Shown here: in pieces, positions 27,740-37,860 of the stretch | Layout of the letters: the number at the start of each line of letters is the position of its first letter | How positions within the stretch are numbered: the first letter of the stretch is position 1 | Assembly (NCBI GenBank): GCA_016212095.1 | Contig: JACRHH010000024.1 | Location: 7,482 to 71,481, forward strand | Direction: 5' to 3' | DNA: 64,000 nt | Origin: Nitrospirota bacterium | Lineage (GTDB): Bacteria; Nitrospirota; Thermodesulfovibrionia; SZUA-242 | Position numbers and translations under genes: made by a program | Notes under the pieces: generated by a model | The model's database searches: none | What the model was told of the DNA's origin: nothing | What the model saw: the letters and a program-made list of their open reading frames with translations, nothing else

Positions 27740-30352
27740 ATGGACTTCAACAAACTCACACAGAAATCGCAGGAGGCGTTTCAGGCGGCGCAGTCGGCGG
27801 CGGTTCGCATGGGCCATCAGGAGGTGGACGGCGAGCATATCCTGCTTGCGCTTCTTGAGCAGTCCGACGGACTTCTTCCGGGGCTGCTATCCAAAATGGA
27901 CATATCCGCGACGGCGTTCAAGGCCGACGTGGAAGGCGAGCTGAAAAAACGCCCCAGCGTATCGGGCGGCGGTTTCGAAAGCGGCAAGATATTTATCACC
28001 GCCCGCGTTCAGGCCATCGTGGACAGGGCGGAAAAAGAGGCGCAGCGCCTCAAGGACGAATACGTTTCGGTGGAGCACCTCGCGCTTGCGCTGATCGAAG
28101 AGGGCGGCTCCATGCCGGCGGGCAAAATCTTCGCCCGCTTCGCAATTACGCGAGACAAGTTTCTTTCGGCGCTCACGAAGGTTCGCGGGCATCAGCGCGT
28201 GACAAGCGCCACGCCAGAAACCGCCTACGAGGCGCTTCAAAAATACGGCGTCGATCTTGTGGATCAGGCGCGGCGCGGCAGGATCGATCCAGTTATCGGG
28301 CGCGACGCCGAAATCCGGCGCGTCATCCGCATCCTTTCGCGCAAAACCAAGAACAATCCGGTGCTTATCGGCGAGCCGGGCGTGGGGAAAACCGCCATTG
28401 TTGAAGGGCTTGCCCGGCGAATCGTAAACGGCGACGTGCCGGAATGGCTGAAAGAGCGCTCGGTCTTCTCGCTCGACATGGGCGCGCTGATGGCGGGCGC
28501 GAAATACCGGGGCGAGTTCGAGGAACGCCTCAAGGCTGTGCTTAACGAGATAAAGCAGAGCGAGGGTAAAATACTTTTATTTATTGACGAGTTGCACACG
28601 ATTGTGGGCGCGGGCAAAACCGAGGGCTCAACCGACGCCGGTAACATGCTGAAACCGATGCTCGCGCGTGGGGAACTTCACTGCATCGGCGCGACCACGC
28701 TCGATGAATACCGCAAGCATATCGAAAAGGACGCCGCGCTTGAGCGCCGCTTCCAGCCGGTGGTGGTTGACGCGCCCACGGTTGAAGACACAATCTCGAT
28801 ACTTCGCGGCCTGAAAGAACGCTTCGAGGTTTTCCACGGCGTGAAGATTCAGGACAACGCCATTGTAGGCGCGGCGGTTCTTTCGCACCGCTACATAACA
28901 GACCGATTCCTGCCGGACAAGGCGATCGATCTGGTTGACGAGGCCTGCGCCATGATCCGCACCGAGATCGACTCGATGCCTGCCGAACTTGATGAAACCA
29001 CGCGGCGCGTGATGCAGCTTGAGATCGAGGAGGCGGCGCTGAAGAAGGAGACGGACAGGGCGAGCGTCGAGCGGCTTGAGGCGCTTCGCCGCGAACTTGC
29101 CGACCTTAAGAGTGAATCGGCCTCGATGAAGGCCAGGTGGGACGCCGAAAAACAGGCAATAGGCAAAGTGCGCGCGCTTCGGGAAGAGATCGAGCGGGTG
29201 CGCGGCGAGGTGGAGCAGGCCGAACGCGCCTACGACCTGAACCGCGCCGCCGAGCTGAAACACGGCAGGCTGCCCGATCTTGAGAAGCGGCTCAAGGCCG
29301 AGGAGACAACCCTTGCGGAACGGCAGGGCGAATGCCGATTGCTGCGCGAGGAAGTTACCGAGGACGAAATCGCCGAGATCGTTTCGCGCTGGACAGGCAT
29401 TCCGGTGACAAGGCTGGTTGAGGGCGAGCGCGAAAAGCTTCTGCGCCTCGATGAAATCCTTCACAAGCGAGTGATTGGGCAGAACGAGGCGGTTAATCTT
29501 GTTGCCGACGCCGTTATCCGCGCGCGGGCCGGAATTAAAGACCCGCGCCGCCCGATCGGCTCGTTCATATTCCTTGGGCCAACCGGCGTCGGGAAGACCG
29601 AGCTTGCCAAAACCCTTGCCGAGGCGCTCTTCGACACCGAGGAAAACATCGTCCGCATCGACATGAGCGAGTACATGGAACGGCATACAGTTTCGCGCCT
29701 GATCGGCGCGCCTCCGGGCTATATCGGCTACGAGGAAGGCGGCCAGCTTACAGAAGCCGTGCGGCGCAAGCCGTATTCGGTTGTGCTCTTTGACGAGATA
29801 GAAAAGGCGCACAACGATGTGTTTAACGTGCTTTTACAGATACTTGACGACGGCAGGCTTACCGATTCGCAGGGCCGCACGGTGAATTTCAAGAACACCG
29901 TGATAATCATGACCAGCAATATCGGCTCGCAGTATCTGCTTGAAGGCGTCACCTCCGGCGGCGAGATAGCCGAACGCGCCCGCGCAGAGGTGATGCGCGA
30001 GATGCGGCATCAGTTCAGGCCCGAATTTCTAAACCGCGTGGACGACATCGTGCTTTTCAAGCCGCTGATGCTGGAGGAAATCAAGCGGATTGTCGATTTG
30101 CTCACAGCCGATCTGCGAAAAAGGCTTGCCGACCGGAACATCGGCATAGAGCTAACCGACGCCGCGCGCGAATTCGCGGCGCGTCAGGGCTTCGATCCGG
30201 TTTACGGCGCAAGGCCGCTAAAGCGATTCTTGCAGCACGAACTTGAAACGCGCATAGGGCGGCGGCTTATAGCGGGCGATGTGGCGGAGGGATCGGTTAT
30301 CACGGTGGACGCGGGTGAAGAGGGTTTGAAGATCGGGGTGAAAACAACGTAG
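27740..30352 (+). CDS. clpB: ATP-dependent chaperone ClpB
   Basis: 870 aa. Clp N-domain, two AAA+ modules ([16 protein letters not shown]), M-domain coiled coil. Confidence 0.95.
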   Translation: MDFNKLTQKSQEAFQAAQSAAVRMGHQEVDGEHILLALLEQSDGLLPGLLSKMDISATAFKADVEGELKKRPSVSGGGFESGKIFITARVQAIVDRAEKEAQRLKDEYVSVEHLALALIEEGGSMPAGKIFARFAITRDKFLSALTKVRGHQRVTSATPETAYEALQKYGVDLVDQARRGRIDPVIGRDAEIRRVIRILSRKTKNNPVLIGEPGVGKTAIVEGLARRIVNGDVPEWLKERSVFSLDMGALMAGAKYRGEFEERLKAVLNEIKQSEGKILLFIDELHTIVGAGKTEGSTDAGNMLKPMLARGELHCIGATTLDEYRKHIEKDAALERRFQPVVVDAPTVEDTISILRGLKERFEVFHGVKIQDNAIVGAAVLSHRYITDRFLPDKAIDLVDEACAMIRTEIDSMPAELDETTRRVMQLEIEEAALKKETDRASVERLEALRRELADLKSESASMKARWDAEKQAIGKVRALREEIERVRGEVEQAERAYDLNRAAELKHGRLPDLEKRLKAEETTLAERQGECRLLREEVTEDEIAEIVSRWTGIPVTRLVEGEREKLLRLDEILHKRVIGQNEAVNLVADAVIRARAGIKDPRRPIGSFIFLGPTGVGKTELAKTLAEALFDTEENIVRIDMSEYMERHTVSRLIGAPPGYIGYEEGGQLTEAVRRKPYSVVLFDEIEKAHNDVFNVLLQILDDGRLTDSQGRTVNFKNTVIIMTSNIGSQYLLEGVTSGGEIAERARAEVMREMRHQFRPEFLNRVDDIVLFKPLMLEEIKRIVDLLTADLRKRLADRNIGIELTDAAREFAARQGFDPVYGARPLKRFLQHELETRIGRRLIAGDVAEGSVITVDAGEEGLKIGVKTT

Positions 30353-30458
30353 CAGGCTTGGCCTTGCCGCCCGGTTATCTGGTCGGGATGCGCGGCAAGG
30401 CGCGTCCGGAAATATTCGCCGTGAAAACAACGTGGCAGGCTTGGCCTTGCCGCCCGGC
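30337..30458. repeat. 38-bp direct duplication of the clpB 3' end + downstream hairpin arm (GTGAAAACAACGT(A/G)GCAGGCTTGGCCTTGCCGCCCGG), copies at 30337-30376 and 30420-30458
   Basis: Read directly. Each copy contains the arm CCTTGCCGC; first copy pairs with GCGGCAAGG at 30400-30408. Confidence 0.7.
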
Positions 30459-30560
30459 CCTGGCCTCCGGCAAGCAACGCCGCAACATCTGATATAATTC
30501 CTGACGCGAATTTTGGCGCGGTCAGATGATGAATTGATGAATATCGGAGGTTAGGCAGCT

Positions 30561-31481
30561 ATGAGGACGAAGATTACGGTGGTCGGGGCCGGAAACGTTG
30601 GAGCGACGACAGCGGAGCTTGCGGCGCGAAAGGGGCTTGGCGACGTCGTCCTTGTGGATATCATGGACGGCGTGCCGCAGGGCAAGGCGCTGGACATGAC
30701 GCAGGCCTGCCCCATATGGGATTCATCCGCGCGCGTGACAGGAACAAACGGATACGAGGCGACAGCCGATTCCTCTGTGGTGATAGTGACCGCCGGACTT
30801 GCCAGAAAGCCGGGCATGAGCCGCGACGATCTGCTGAAGGCTAACGCCGCCATAGTGGGCGGAGTGGCCCGCGAGATAGCCAAATGGTCGCCCGACGCGG
30901 TTGTCATCGTGGTAAGCAACCCGATGGATGTGATGGCGCAGCTCACGAGGCGCGAAACCGGATTTCAGGCCGAGCGGGTTATCGGCATGGGCGGCGTGCT
31001 CGATTCCGCCCGATTCCGCGCCTTCGTGGCTATGGAGCTTGGGGTTTCGATGCGCGACGTTACCGCGCTTGTGATGGGCGGCCACGGCGATTCGATGGTT
31101 CCGCTTCCGCGATACACGTCGGTTGCCGGAATTCCGATAACCGAACTGATGCCGCCGGAACGCGTGAACGCGCTCATCGAGCGGACGCGAACCGGCGGGG
31201 CCGAGATCGTGGGGCTGCTTAAAACCGGAAGCGCCTACTACGCGCCAGCCGCCGCAGCCATCGAGATGGCCGAGGCCGTATTGCTCGATGAAAAGCGCGT
31301 GCTTCCATGCTCCGCCTATCTTGACGGCGAATACGGCGTCTCAGGCGTCTATTCCGGCGTGCCGACGAAGCTCGGAGCCGCGGGTGTTGAGGGCATAATC
31401 GAGCTCAAGCTCACCGACAGCGAGATTGATGCGTTCAAGGCGTCCGCCGAAACCGTGCGCGCCATGTTCGCAACGCTTTAG
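30561..31481 (+). CDS. mdh: malate dehydrogenase (LDH-like family)
   Basis: [15 protein letters not shown] Rossmann motif, catalytic region [11 protein letters not shown], 306 aa. Confidence 0.9.
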   Translation: MRTKITVVGAGNVGATTAELAARKGLGDVVLVDIMDGVPQGKALDMTQACPIWDSSARVTGTNGYEATADSSVVIVTAGLARKPGMSRDDLLKANAAIVGGVAREIAKWSPDAVVIVVSNPMDVMAQLTRRETGFQAERVIGMGGVLDSARFRAFVAMELGVSMRDVTALVMGGHGDSMVPLPRYTSVAGIPITELMPPERVNALIERTRTGGAEIVGLLKTGSAYYAPAAAAIEMAEAVLLDEKRVLPCSAYLDGEYGVSGVYSGVPTKLGAAGVEGIIELKLTDSEIDAFKASAETVRAMFATL

Positions 31482-31501
31482 CCAAAGGTTATTAGTGCGC
31501 G

Positions 31502-32092
31502 ATGAAAAAAATCCTCGTTGCAACGCGCAATGAAAACAAGGTTCGGGAAATCCGCGCGATTCTGGGCGACGGATTTGAGCTAGTTCCGCTTCCGCCCGAA
31601 GCCCCCGACGTGGTTGAGGACGGCGCGACGTTTCTTGATAATGCGCTTAAAAAAGCACGCGAGTATTCGCGGTATTCGCATCTTCCCGCCATCGCCGAGG
31701 ATTCCGGCCTTGAGGTTGAGGCGCTGGGCGGCGCGCCCGGAGTTTATTCCGCCCGCTACGCCGGAGAAAACGCCGGAACGGCAGAAAACAACCGCCTCCT
31801 GCTCGACCGCCTCTCCGGCGTTCCAGCAGAGCGGCGCGGCGCAAGGTTCGTCTGCACGCTTGTTTATATCAATGGCGGCGAGGAGCATGTTTTCGAGGGC
31901 GAGGTCAAGGGCCACATCGCCAATGCCGGAGCCGGACGAACCGGCTTCGGCTACGATCCGCTTTTCATTCCCGACGGTTACGACAAACCGTTTGCCGAAA
32001 TGACGATTGAAGTCAAAAACTCCATAAGTCATCGATATAACGCGCTTAAAAAACTTGCCGCATATCTTGCGACGCTCCCAGGCCGTGCCTGA
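31502..32092 (+). CDS. rdgB: non-canonical purine NTP pyrophosphatase (RdgB/HAM1 family)
   Basis: ILVATRNENKVREIRAIL..., SGLEVEALGGAPGVYSARYAG, GFGYDPLF. Confidence 0.9.
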   Translation: MKKILVATRNENKVREIRAILGDGFELVPLPPEAPDVVEDGATFLDNALKKAREYSRYSHLPAIAEDSGLEVEALGGAPGVYSARYAGENAGTAENNRLLLDRLSGVPAERRGARFVCTLVYINGGEEHVFEGEVKGHIANAGAGRTGFGYDPLFIPDGYDKPFAEMTIEVKNSISHRYNALKKLAAYLATLPGRA

Positions 32093-32120
32093 TTTCTAAT
32101 CCTGCCCATCCTGTTAATCC

Positions 32121-33530
32121 ATGAAATCGTGTTCAGATCCGCTCTTGGCCGCCGTATCGGGCGCGATGCGCGGTTTCGCGGCGGCTGACTGCGGCGTGCT
32201 TGCCGCATTTTCCGGCGGCCCGGATTCCACAGCGCTGCTTTCGGCCCTTTCGGAGCTTTCCGGCGTTTTGAACCTGCGCCTTCACGCAACTTATGTTGAC
32301 CACGGACTGCGGAGCAGTGAAGAGATAGCGCGGGAGCGGAAATTCTGCGCCGATGCAGCCGCCGCGCTCGGCGCCGGTTTCTCGGCTGTTTCCATTGATG
32401 TGCGCGGAAGCGGCAAAGGCGAAAACATTCACGCCACGGCCCGGCGGCTGCGGTACGACGCGCTTTTTTCCGAGGCCGACCGTCTCGGCATCGAGTTCGT
32501 CGCAACCGCGCATAATGCCGACGATCAGGCCGAAACCGTGCTGATGCGCCTGATTCGGGGCGCGGGGCTTCAGGGCCTCTCCGGCATTCCGGCGCGGCGC
32601 GGCCATGGCCAATACGGACAAATCATCAGGCCGCTTCTTGCGGTTTCGCGCGCCGAAATCGAGGCGTATCTAGGCAGGCGCTCGCTTGGGCATGTCATCG
32701 ACAGCTCGAACCTCAAAACCGATTATTTCAGAAACCGCCTCCGCCTTGAGATTATGCCGCTTCTGGAATCGTGCAATCCGTCGCTGAAGCGCGGCCTTGC
32801 CAGAACTGCCGAACTGCTTGCGGACGAGAACAGGTTCATCGAGCGCATGGCCGATGTTGCGTTCACAAGAAACCCGCCCGCTGTAAAAGGCGGCTCAGTT
32901 GCATGGCGAGCCGACGTGTTTAACTCTGAAGACCGGGCCGTCAGGCGGCGGCTTCTGCGGCGTTTTGCTTCGATGAGTGCCGGAAACGGTTATGGAATCG
33001 AGTACCGGCATGTCGAAGACGCGCTTGACGCAATGGAAGCCGGAAAGTCGCCGGAACTTCCGGGCGGATTACGAGTGAGGCTGGAGCATGGCGGTTATCG
33101 TATATTCCGGCCTGAGCCGGTGAGCGGCATTCCGGAAACCGCGCTCGACGTGCCGGGAATTGCAATGCTTCCGGACGGCGGGAAGATCGAGACTTTTCCA
33201 TGCGACGGCCCGGAAGCCGGACAGGGTGACGTAACGACTGAAATATTCGTGCCGCTCAGCCTTCTCCAGCCGCCGCTTACGGTGCGTTCCCGGAAGGCCG
33301 GCGACCGTTTTCAGCCCGCCGGAATGGGAGGCAGATCGAAGAAATTGCAGGATTTTCTGCTGGATTCGAAGATACCGGCTTCCTTGCGGGACGGCATTCC
33401 GATAGTTGCAAGCGGCGGGCGGATTGTTTGGGTGGCGGGCTTCAGGATGGACGAGCGGTTTACGGCAAAAACCGGCAACGGGCCGGGCCGGACAATGGTA
33501 AAAATTCTATATCAATCTCACGGAGATTAA
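32121..33530 (+). CDS. tilS: tRNA(Ile)-lysidine synthetase
   Basis: PP-loop SGGPDSTALL. TilS substrate-binding and C-terminal domains. Confidence 0.85.
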   Translation: MKSCSDPLLAAVSGAMRGFAAADCGVLAAFSGGPDSTALLSALSELSGVLNLRLHATYVDHGLRSSEEIARERKFCADAAAALGAGFSAVSIDVRGSGKGENIHATARRLRYDALFSEADRLGIEFVATAHNADDQAETVLMRLIRGAGLQGLSGIPARRGHGQYGQIIRPLLAVSRAEIEAYLGRRSLGHVIDSSNLKTDYFRNRLRLEIMPLLESCNPSLKRGLARTAELLADENRFIERMADVAFTRNPPAVKGGSVAWRADVFNSEDRAVRRRLLRRFASMSAGNGYGIEYRHVEDALDAMEAGKSPELPGGLRVRLEHGGYRIFRPEPVSGIPETALDVPGIAMLPDGGKIETFPCDGPEAGQGDVTTEIFVPLSLLQPPLTVRSRKAGDRFQPAGMGGRSKKLQDFLLDSKIPASLRDGIPIVASGGRIVWVAGFRMDERFTAKTGNGPGRTMVKILYQSHGD

Positions 33531-33533
33531 TGC

Positions 33534-34508
33534 ATGACGGTTTGCGAGCGATTCAATTCCATGAACAACAGCCATCTTCTTGCCGACGCGATAACAACGC
33601 TACAGGTCAACGTGGGCTACAAGTGCAACATGTCCTGCTCGCATTGCCATCTGGCTTGCGGGCCGGGCCGCACGGAGTCGATGAGCGTGGATGTGGCGGA
33701 GGCGGTGCTGCGGGTTCTGGCGGAGAACGAGGCGATTGATACCCTCGACATAACCGGCGGCGCGCCTGAGCTGAACCCGAACTTCCGCCTGCTTGTGGAG
33801 GGAGCGTGTGAAGCAGGAAAGCATGTTATAGCCAGAACGAACCTGACCGTGTTTTTCGAGGACGGCATGAATTTTTCGCCGGATTCTCTGGCCGATTTTC
33901 TGGCCGCGCACGGCGTCGAGATTACCGCATCGCTTCCCTGCTATCTTGAAGCGAACGTGGACGCCGCACGCGGACACGGGGCATACGGGAAAAGCATCCG
34001 CGCCCTGCAGATGCTGAACGAGCGCGGCTACGGCAGCGGCTCTTCAGGCCTCGTGCTGAACCTTGTCTACAATCCGGCAGGGCCGTTTCTGTCTCCGCCC
34101 GAACGTGCGCTTGAGGGCGATTACAAAAGGGAGCTGAACGCGCGGTTCGGCATTGTTTTTGACCGGTTGTATTCGTTTTCGAACATGCCGGTTGGAAGGT
34201 TCCGCAACCGCCTTGCGTTGAACGGCGAGCTTGAGCGGTACATCGAGCTTCTCCGGAAAGCGTTTAATCCGGCCACTCTCGGCGGGCTTATGTGCAGACG
34301 CATGATCAGCGTTGGCTGGAACGGAACCCTTTACGACTGCGATTTCAATCAGGCTCTGGGAATAGGGCTGGTGGAAGATGTTTCCTGCGGCATTGAAGCG
34401 TTCGACAGAGAGCGTTTACAGACTCGGCGAATCGCCCTGGGCGATCATTGCCACGCATGTACCGCCGGGCAGGGGCTAACCTGCACCGGCGCGATAACGA
34501 TTACATGA
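33534..34508 (+). CDS. radical SAM / Cys-rich C-terminal domain protein (ArsS/DUF3641-like)
   Basis: CNMSCSHCH radical SAM motif near N-terminus. C-terminal GDHCHACTAGQGLTCTGA Cys cluster. Confidence 0.7.
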   Translation: MTVCERFNSMNNSHLLADAITTLQVNVGYKCNMSCSHCHLACGPGRTESMSVDVAEAVLRVLAENEAIDTLDITGGAPELNPNFRLLVEGACEAGKHVIARTNLTVFFEDGMNFSPDSLADFLAAHGVEITASLPCYLEANVDAARGHGAYGKSIRALQMLNERGYGSGSSGLVLNLVYNPAGPFLSPPERALEGDYKRELNARFGIVFDRLYSFSNMPVGRFRNRLALNGELERYIELLRKAFNPATLGGLMCRRMISVGWNGTLYDCDFNQALGIGLVEDVSCGIEAFDRERLQTRRIALGDHCHACTAGQGLTCTGAITIT

Positions 34509-34513
34509 AACAT

Positions 34514-34541
34514 GCAGAGACGCATTGCAATGCGTCTCTAC
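34514..34541 (+). terminator. palindromic element copy 3: GCAGAGACGCAT-tgca-ATGCGTCTCTAC, 5 nt after the rSAM stop
   Basis: Read directly. 11-12 bp stem. Confidence 0.55.
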
Positions 34542-34557
34542 TGCAATCCGTCTCTGC

Positions 34558-34956
34558 TTAAAAAGCCATGGAACGGACGATATGCTTTTCGAGAAAGAGA
34601 TTCAATGCGGCGGATTGATCCTGGCTCAGTTCCCCGAATTGAAGCCCGCAACGCCGCGTATGAACTCCCTGAACAAACATGCTCTGCCCGTATGGAATTG
34701 TGGCGTCATACACGACCTGGCATGGAATCTGTGACAGGTAAAACGCCTCAGGCGTCATAATTATGTCGATTTTTAACTGTTCATGACCGTTAAGCTTGTC
34801 GGTAAAACCGTCGAATTCCAGATATTCGAAGGCAAGTCCGGTATGGCTGATGTCTTTTATCTGCCCAAGCTTGTCGCAATAAGGTTTTAAGAGCGCAAAT
34901 GCCAGATCCTTTGCGGGATACCGTGTACTGCGCCGTTGTTCAGATGTAGTAACCAT
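34558..34956 (-). CDS. PilZ-domain protein (putative c-di-GMP receptor)
   Basis: RRSTRYP (RxxxR) and DISHTGLAF (DxSxxG) PilZ motifs. Start ATG 34956 with RBS AAGGAGGG. Longer ORF to 35016 starts at TTG. Confidence 0.7.
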   Translation of the reverse strand: MVTTSEQRRSTRYPAKDLAFALLKPYCDKLGQIKDISHTGLAFEYLEFDGFTDKLNGHEQLKIDIIMTPEAFYLSQIPCQVVYDATIPYGQSMFVQGVHTRRCGLQFGELSQDQSAALNLFLEKHIVRSMAF

Positions 34957-35384
34957 ATCGACCCTCCTTGCAACCATTGCCGAGGTGCGGGACAAGATAG
35001 CCAGTCCTCTCAACAATATGATGACGACTAAAAGTTTCCCTCAGTGCTAAAGTCACAATTACCAGAATTAAATGTTATTTATTTAGCAAATGACATGCCA
35101 GTGCAATGTCAAGCTGTTAAAACAAGTAGTTATGCAGCAGCCTGCGGATTGTATCAGACTGTAATGTAAATTATTCCGACACGTTAATCATGTCGGGCAT
35201 TGCCATTCAAATCGATGACGTTTGTCGCTAACTGTTGACCAATCCATCAGAATTTACCATTATTGCCCTCCGGGCTGAATAAACTACTGGAAACACCAGC
35301 TCAGGCAATACTTGTGATCTGAAACGACGTGGCATTGCATGAGGAGCATGTAAGATATTCCGACACAAGCATTCTGATCGTATG

Positions 35385-35433
35385 ATCCAAACGCCGCTTC
35401 CCGCCAATGAAAGGCGGGAAGCGGCGTTTGGAT
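35385..35433 (-). terminator. ~21-bp perfect-stem hairpin (ATCCAAACGCCGCTTCCCGCC-aatgaa-AGGCGGGAAGCGGCGTTTGGAT) 22 nt downstream of the glutamate-synthase operon
   Basis: Read directly. No canonical U-tract. Confidence 0.55.
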
Positions 35434-35454
35434 TGGGCGGTTTGCGAACCTCCC

Positions 35455-37860
35455 CTACTTGTTTTCGACCATCTCCCAGATGCCGCACGGACAGATGCCA
35501 GCGCAAAATCCGCAGCCGATGCACTTGTCGGCGTCAACCACATACTCGAACGCGCCGTCCTTGCCCTCCACGCGGCTTATCGCGCCCCAATAGCAAGTTA
35601 CCTCGCACATGTGACAGTCGCGGCACGAGCCGCACGACATGCACTTGTTCGCCTCGGTAACCGCCGAGAACTCGCCTATGCGGCAGACGTCGTAGTAGGC
35701 TGTCCTGATCTTCTCATACGAAATGACGTCCTTCACCTCGGAGAGATAATCGAAGTTCATCAGCATCGAATGGATCTTGTCCGCCGAGATGCGCCCCGCG
35801 CCGATTGCGTGCGTCACGAGGCCGGGCCTCGTCACGTCGCCTATCGCGAAGACCTTCGGATCGGACGTCTGGCCGGTTTCGTCAACTGTAACGTAGCCGC
35901 GCCCGGTCTGGATGTCGGCGGGCAGGAAATCGATCACCGGTGTTTCGCCGATCGAGATGATCACGTTGTCAGCCGGAAGCGACGAGCCGTCCTTGAAGAT
36001 GATTTTCTTCTTCTTTTTGTCGAACCTCTCGGTGAACTTCGGATAGAGAATCTGCGTTCCCTTGGCGGTGGCCGACTCCATCTCCTTGCCGAATGCCGCC
36101 GGAGCCTGAATATCCACAGCCGTAACGGACTTCGCGCCAAGGCTCCAGGCTTCGCAGGCTATGTCCATGCCCACGTTGCCGGCGCCGATCACAACCACGT
36201 TCTGGCCCTTGAGCTTCATCGGGCTTCCGGCGTTGATCTCCTTCAGGAAATCTATTCCGGCAATCACGTCCTCGTGGCCGTCAAACGGAATGACGCGCGG
36301 CCTGTGAGCGCCCACGGCAACCACAACCACGTCGTGATCCTTGTAGATTTTGTCGAATTTCTTTTTATCCACAGGATGATTGGCGTACACTTTCACGCCC
36401 ATCTCTGCGAAACGCGATATCTCCTTGTCGAGCACCTCAGCGGGCAGACGCTCGCGCGGAATGCACATCTCTATTTTTCCGCCGATTTTCTTGCCGGCCT
36501 CGTAGAGGTCGATTTCATGGCCTTTCAACGCCAGTTGCCACGCCGCCGAAAGTCCGCCCGGCCCGCCGCCGATAACCGCGATCTTCCTGCCGGTGGCTTT
36601 TGCCTTCTTCGGAGCCGGAATTTCGAGGCTCAGGTTGCCGAGGCTTTTTATGTCGAGCGGCTTGTCGAACCTGCCGCGCGTGCATGCGTCCATGCAGATG
36701 TTCGGGCATATCTGGCCGCAGACGGTTGCCGGAAACGGGCTGTACTGAAGCACGAGCGCAAGCGCGTCTTCCATGCGGTTCTGGCGGATGAGGCTCAGAC
36801 GCTTGTGAGAAGGAATATGCGAAGGACATGTTCCGGCGCACGGCGGCTGATACTTCTCGTTGTTCCAGACAGGCCGGTTTCTGCGGTCGCCGCCGGTGGT
36901 GATGTACGGCAGCACCGAGCGCGGATGGTCGAGATACTCGCCGAATATGCCGCCCTTGCCGACATCGGCCTCCCACGTTTTCATGCGGAAGGTTTCAATC
37001 GACGGCTTGCCGCCCCCCTTCTTCGCCGCCTTCTCGGCAGGCGTGTAGGCCACCAGTTTTTTCCATTCGCTCCTGTCGCGTGTGAGCTCCGCCTCGTAAG
37101 AGTCGCGCTGAATCGCCTTCAGGTATGGCTTCATGTTTTCGGTGAGCCACTCCCAGTCGGCGTCGGAAAGCTCCGAAAGCTTCACGTCGCCCGCGCTGTA
37201 GCCCTGAATCGGCCCGCGAAAATATATCGTGCCGCCCACCATGCCCACGCATGGCCTGTATCCAAGGATATTGTCCGGATTGCGCGGGTGTACGCCGCAT
37301 ACAACCGCTATTCCGCCCGCCTTGAATTCGGCGAACGAGTCGCCAACGTCGCGGAAATACCACGACTGAAGCGGCTCGAAACGGGGGTTGCGCTTGGTCA
37401 TCGTCTCGCAGCGCGCGCCGCCTCCGCCCTGAACGTACAGGATTCCCTGAGCGCCCGCGTTATGCGCGCCGTTGGTCACGTCGCCAAGCACCGTGATCTT
37501 CGCGCCGCAGTTTATCCACCCCACGTCGTCGGAGGCGTTTCCATGCACCACAATCTCGGTTCCGTCCATGCCCATGCAGCCAAGGCGCTGTCCGGCAGGG
37601 CCGTTTACCGTGATGCGAACCGCCTCGCCGCGCGGCCAGATTCGTCCGCCAATTCCGTGCTGCCCCTGCGCGATTACAGAAAGCTCGCGCGCACCGGCGG
37701 CAACAGCCGCCTGAATGCGCTCTTCCAGTACACGCGATTGAACGCGCTCGCCGCCGATATTCCCCTCTATAATCAAGGCGTTGCCGGATTTTACCGTTGA
37801 TCTGCCCGACTTTTTCACTGTTTTCTTTGAAGCCGCCATATTCTTGCTCCTAACAGGCAT
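35455..37860 (-). CDS. glutamate synthase-like fusion protein: GXGXG (GltB C-terminal) domain + GltD-like NAD(P)H/FAD oxidoreductase + C-terminal 2x[4Fe-4S] ferredoxin
   Basis: GXGXG domain (...CGAKITVLGDVTNGAHNAGAQGILYVQGGGG). Dinucleotide fold IAVIGGGPGGLSAAWQLA. C-terminal CIGCGFCAGICP. Confidence 0.8.
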   Translation of the reverse strand: MPVRSKNMAASKKTVKKSGRSTVKSGNALIIEGNIGGERVQSRVLEERIQAAVAAGARELSVIAQGQHGIGGRIWPRGEAVRITVNGPAGQRLGCMGMDGTEIVVHGNASDDVGWINCGAKITVLGDVTNGAHNAGAQGILYVQGGGGARCETMTKRNPRFEPLQSWYFRDVGDSFAEFKAGGIAVVCGVHPRNPDNILGYRPCVGMVGGTIYFRGPIQGYSAGDVKLSELSDADWEWLTENMKPYLKAIQRDSYEAELTRDRSEWKKLVAYTPAEKAAKKGGGKPSIETFRMKTWEADVGKGGIFGEYLDHPRSVLPYITTGGDRRNRPVWNNEKYQPPCAGTCPSHIPSHKRLSLIRQNRMEDALALVLQYSPFPATVCGQICPNICMDACTRGRFDKPLDIKSLGNLSLEIPAPKKAKATGRKIAVIGGGPGGLSAAWQLALKGHEIDLYEAGKKIGGKIEMCIPRERLPAEVLDKEISRFAEMGVKVYANHPVDKKKFDKIYKDHDVVVVAVGAHRPRVIPFDGHEDVIAGIDFLKEINAGSPMKLKGQNVVVIGAGNVGMDIACEAWSLGAKSVTAVDIQAPAAFGKEMESATAKGTQILYPKFTERFDKKKKKIIFKDGSSLPADNVIISIGETPVIDFLPADIQTGRGYVTVDETGQTSDPKVFAIGDVTRPGLVTHAIGAGRISADKIHSMLMNFDYLSEVKDVISYEKIRTAYYDVCRIGEFSAVTEANKCMSCGSCRDCHMCEVTCYWGAISRVEGKDGAFEYVVDADKCIGCGFCAGICPCGIWEMVENK

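Noticed and set aside
35407-37800. 797-aa plus-strand ORF
   Set aside because: Antisense to the glutamate-synthase GXGXG/GltD-like gene, which has clear motifs. The translation is Arg/Ala-rich noise.
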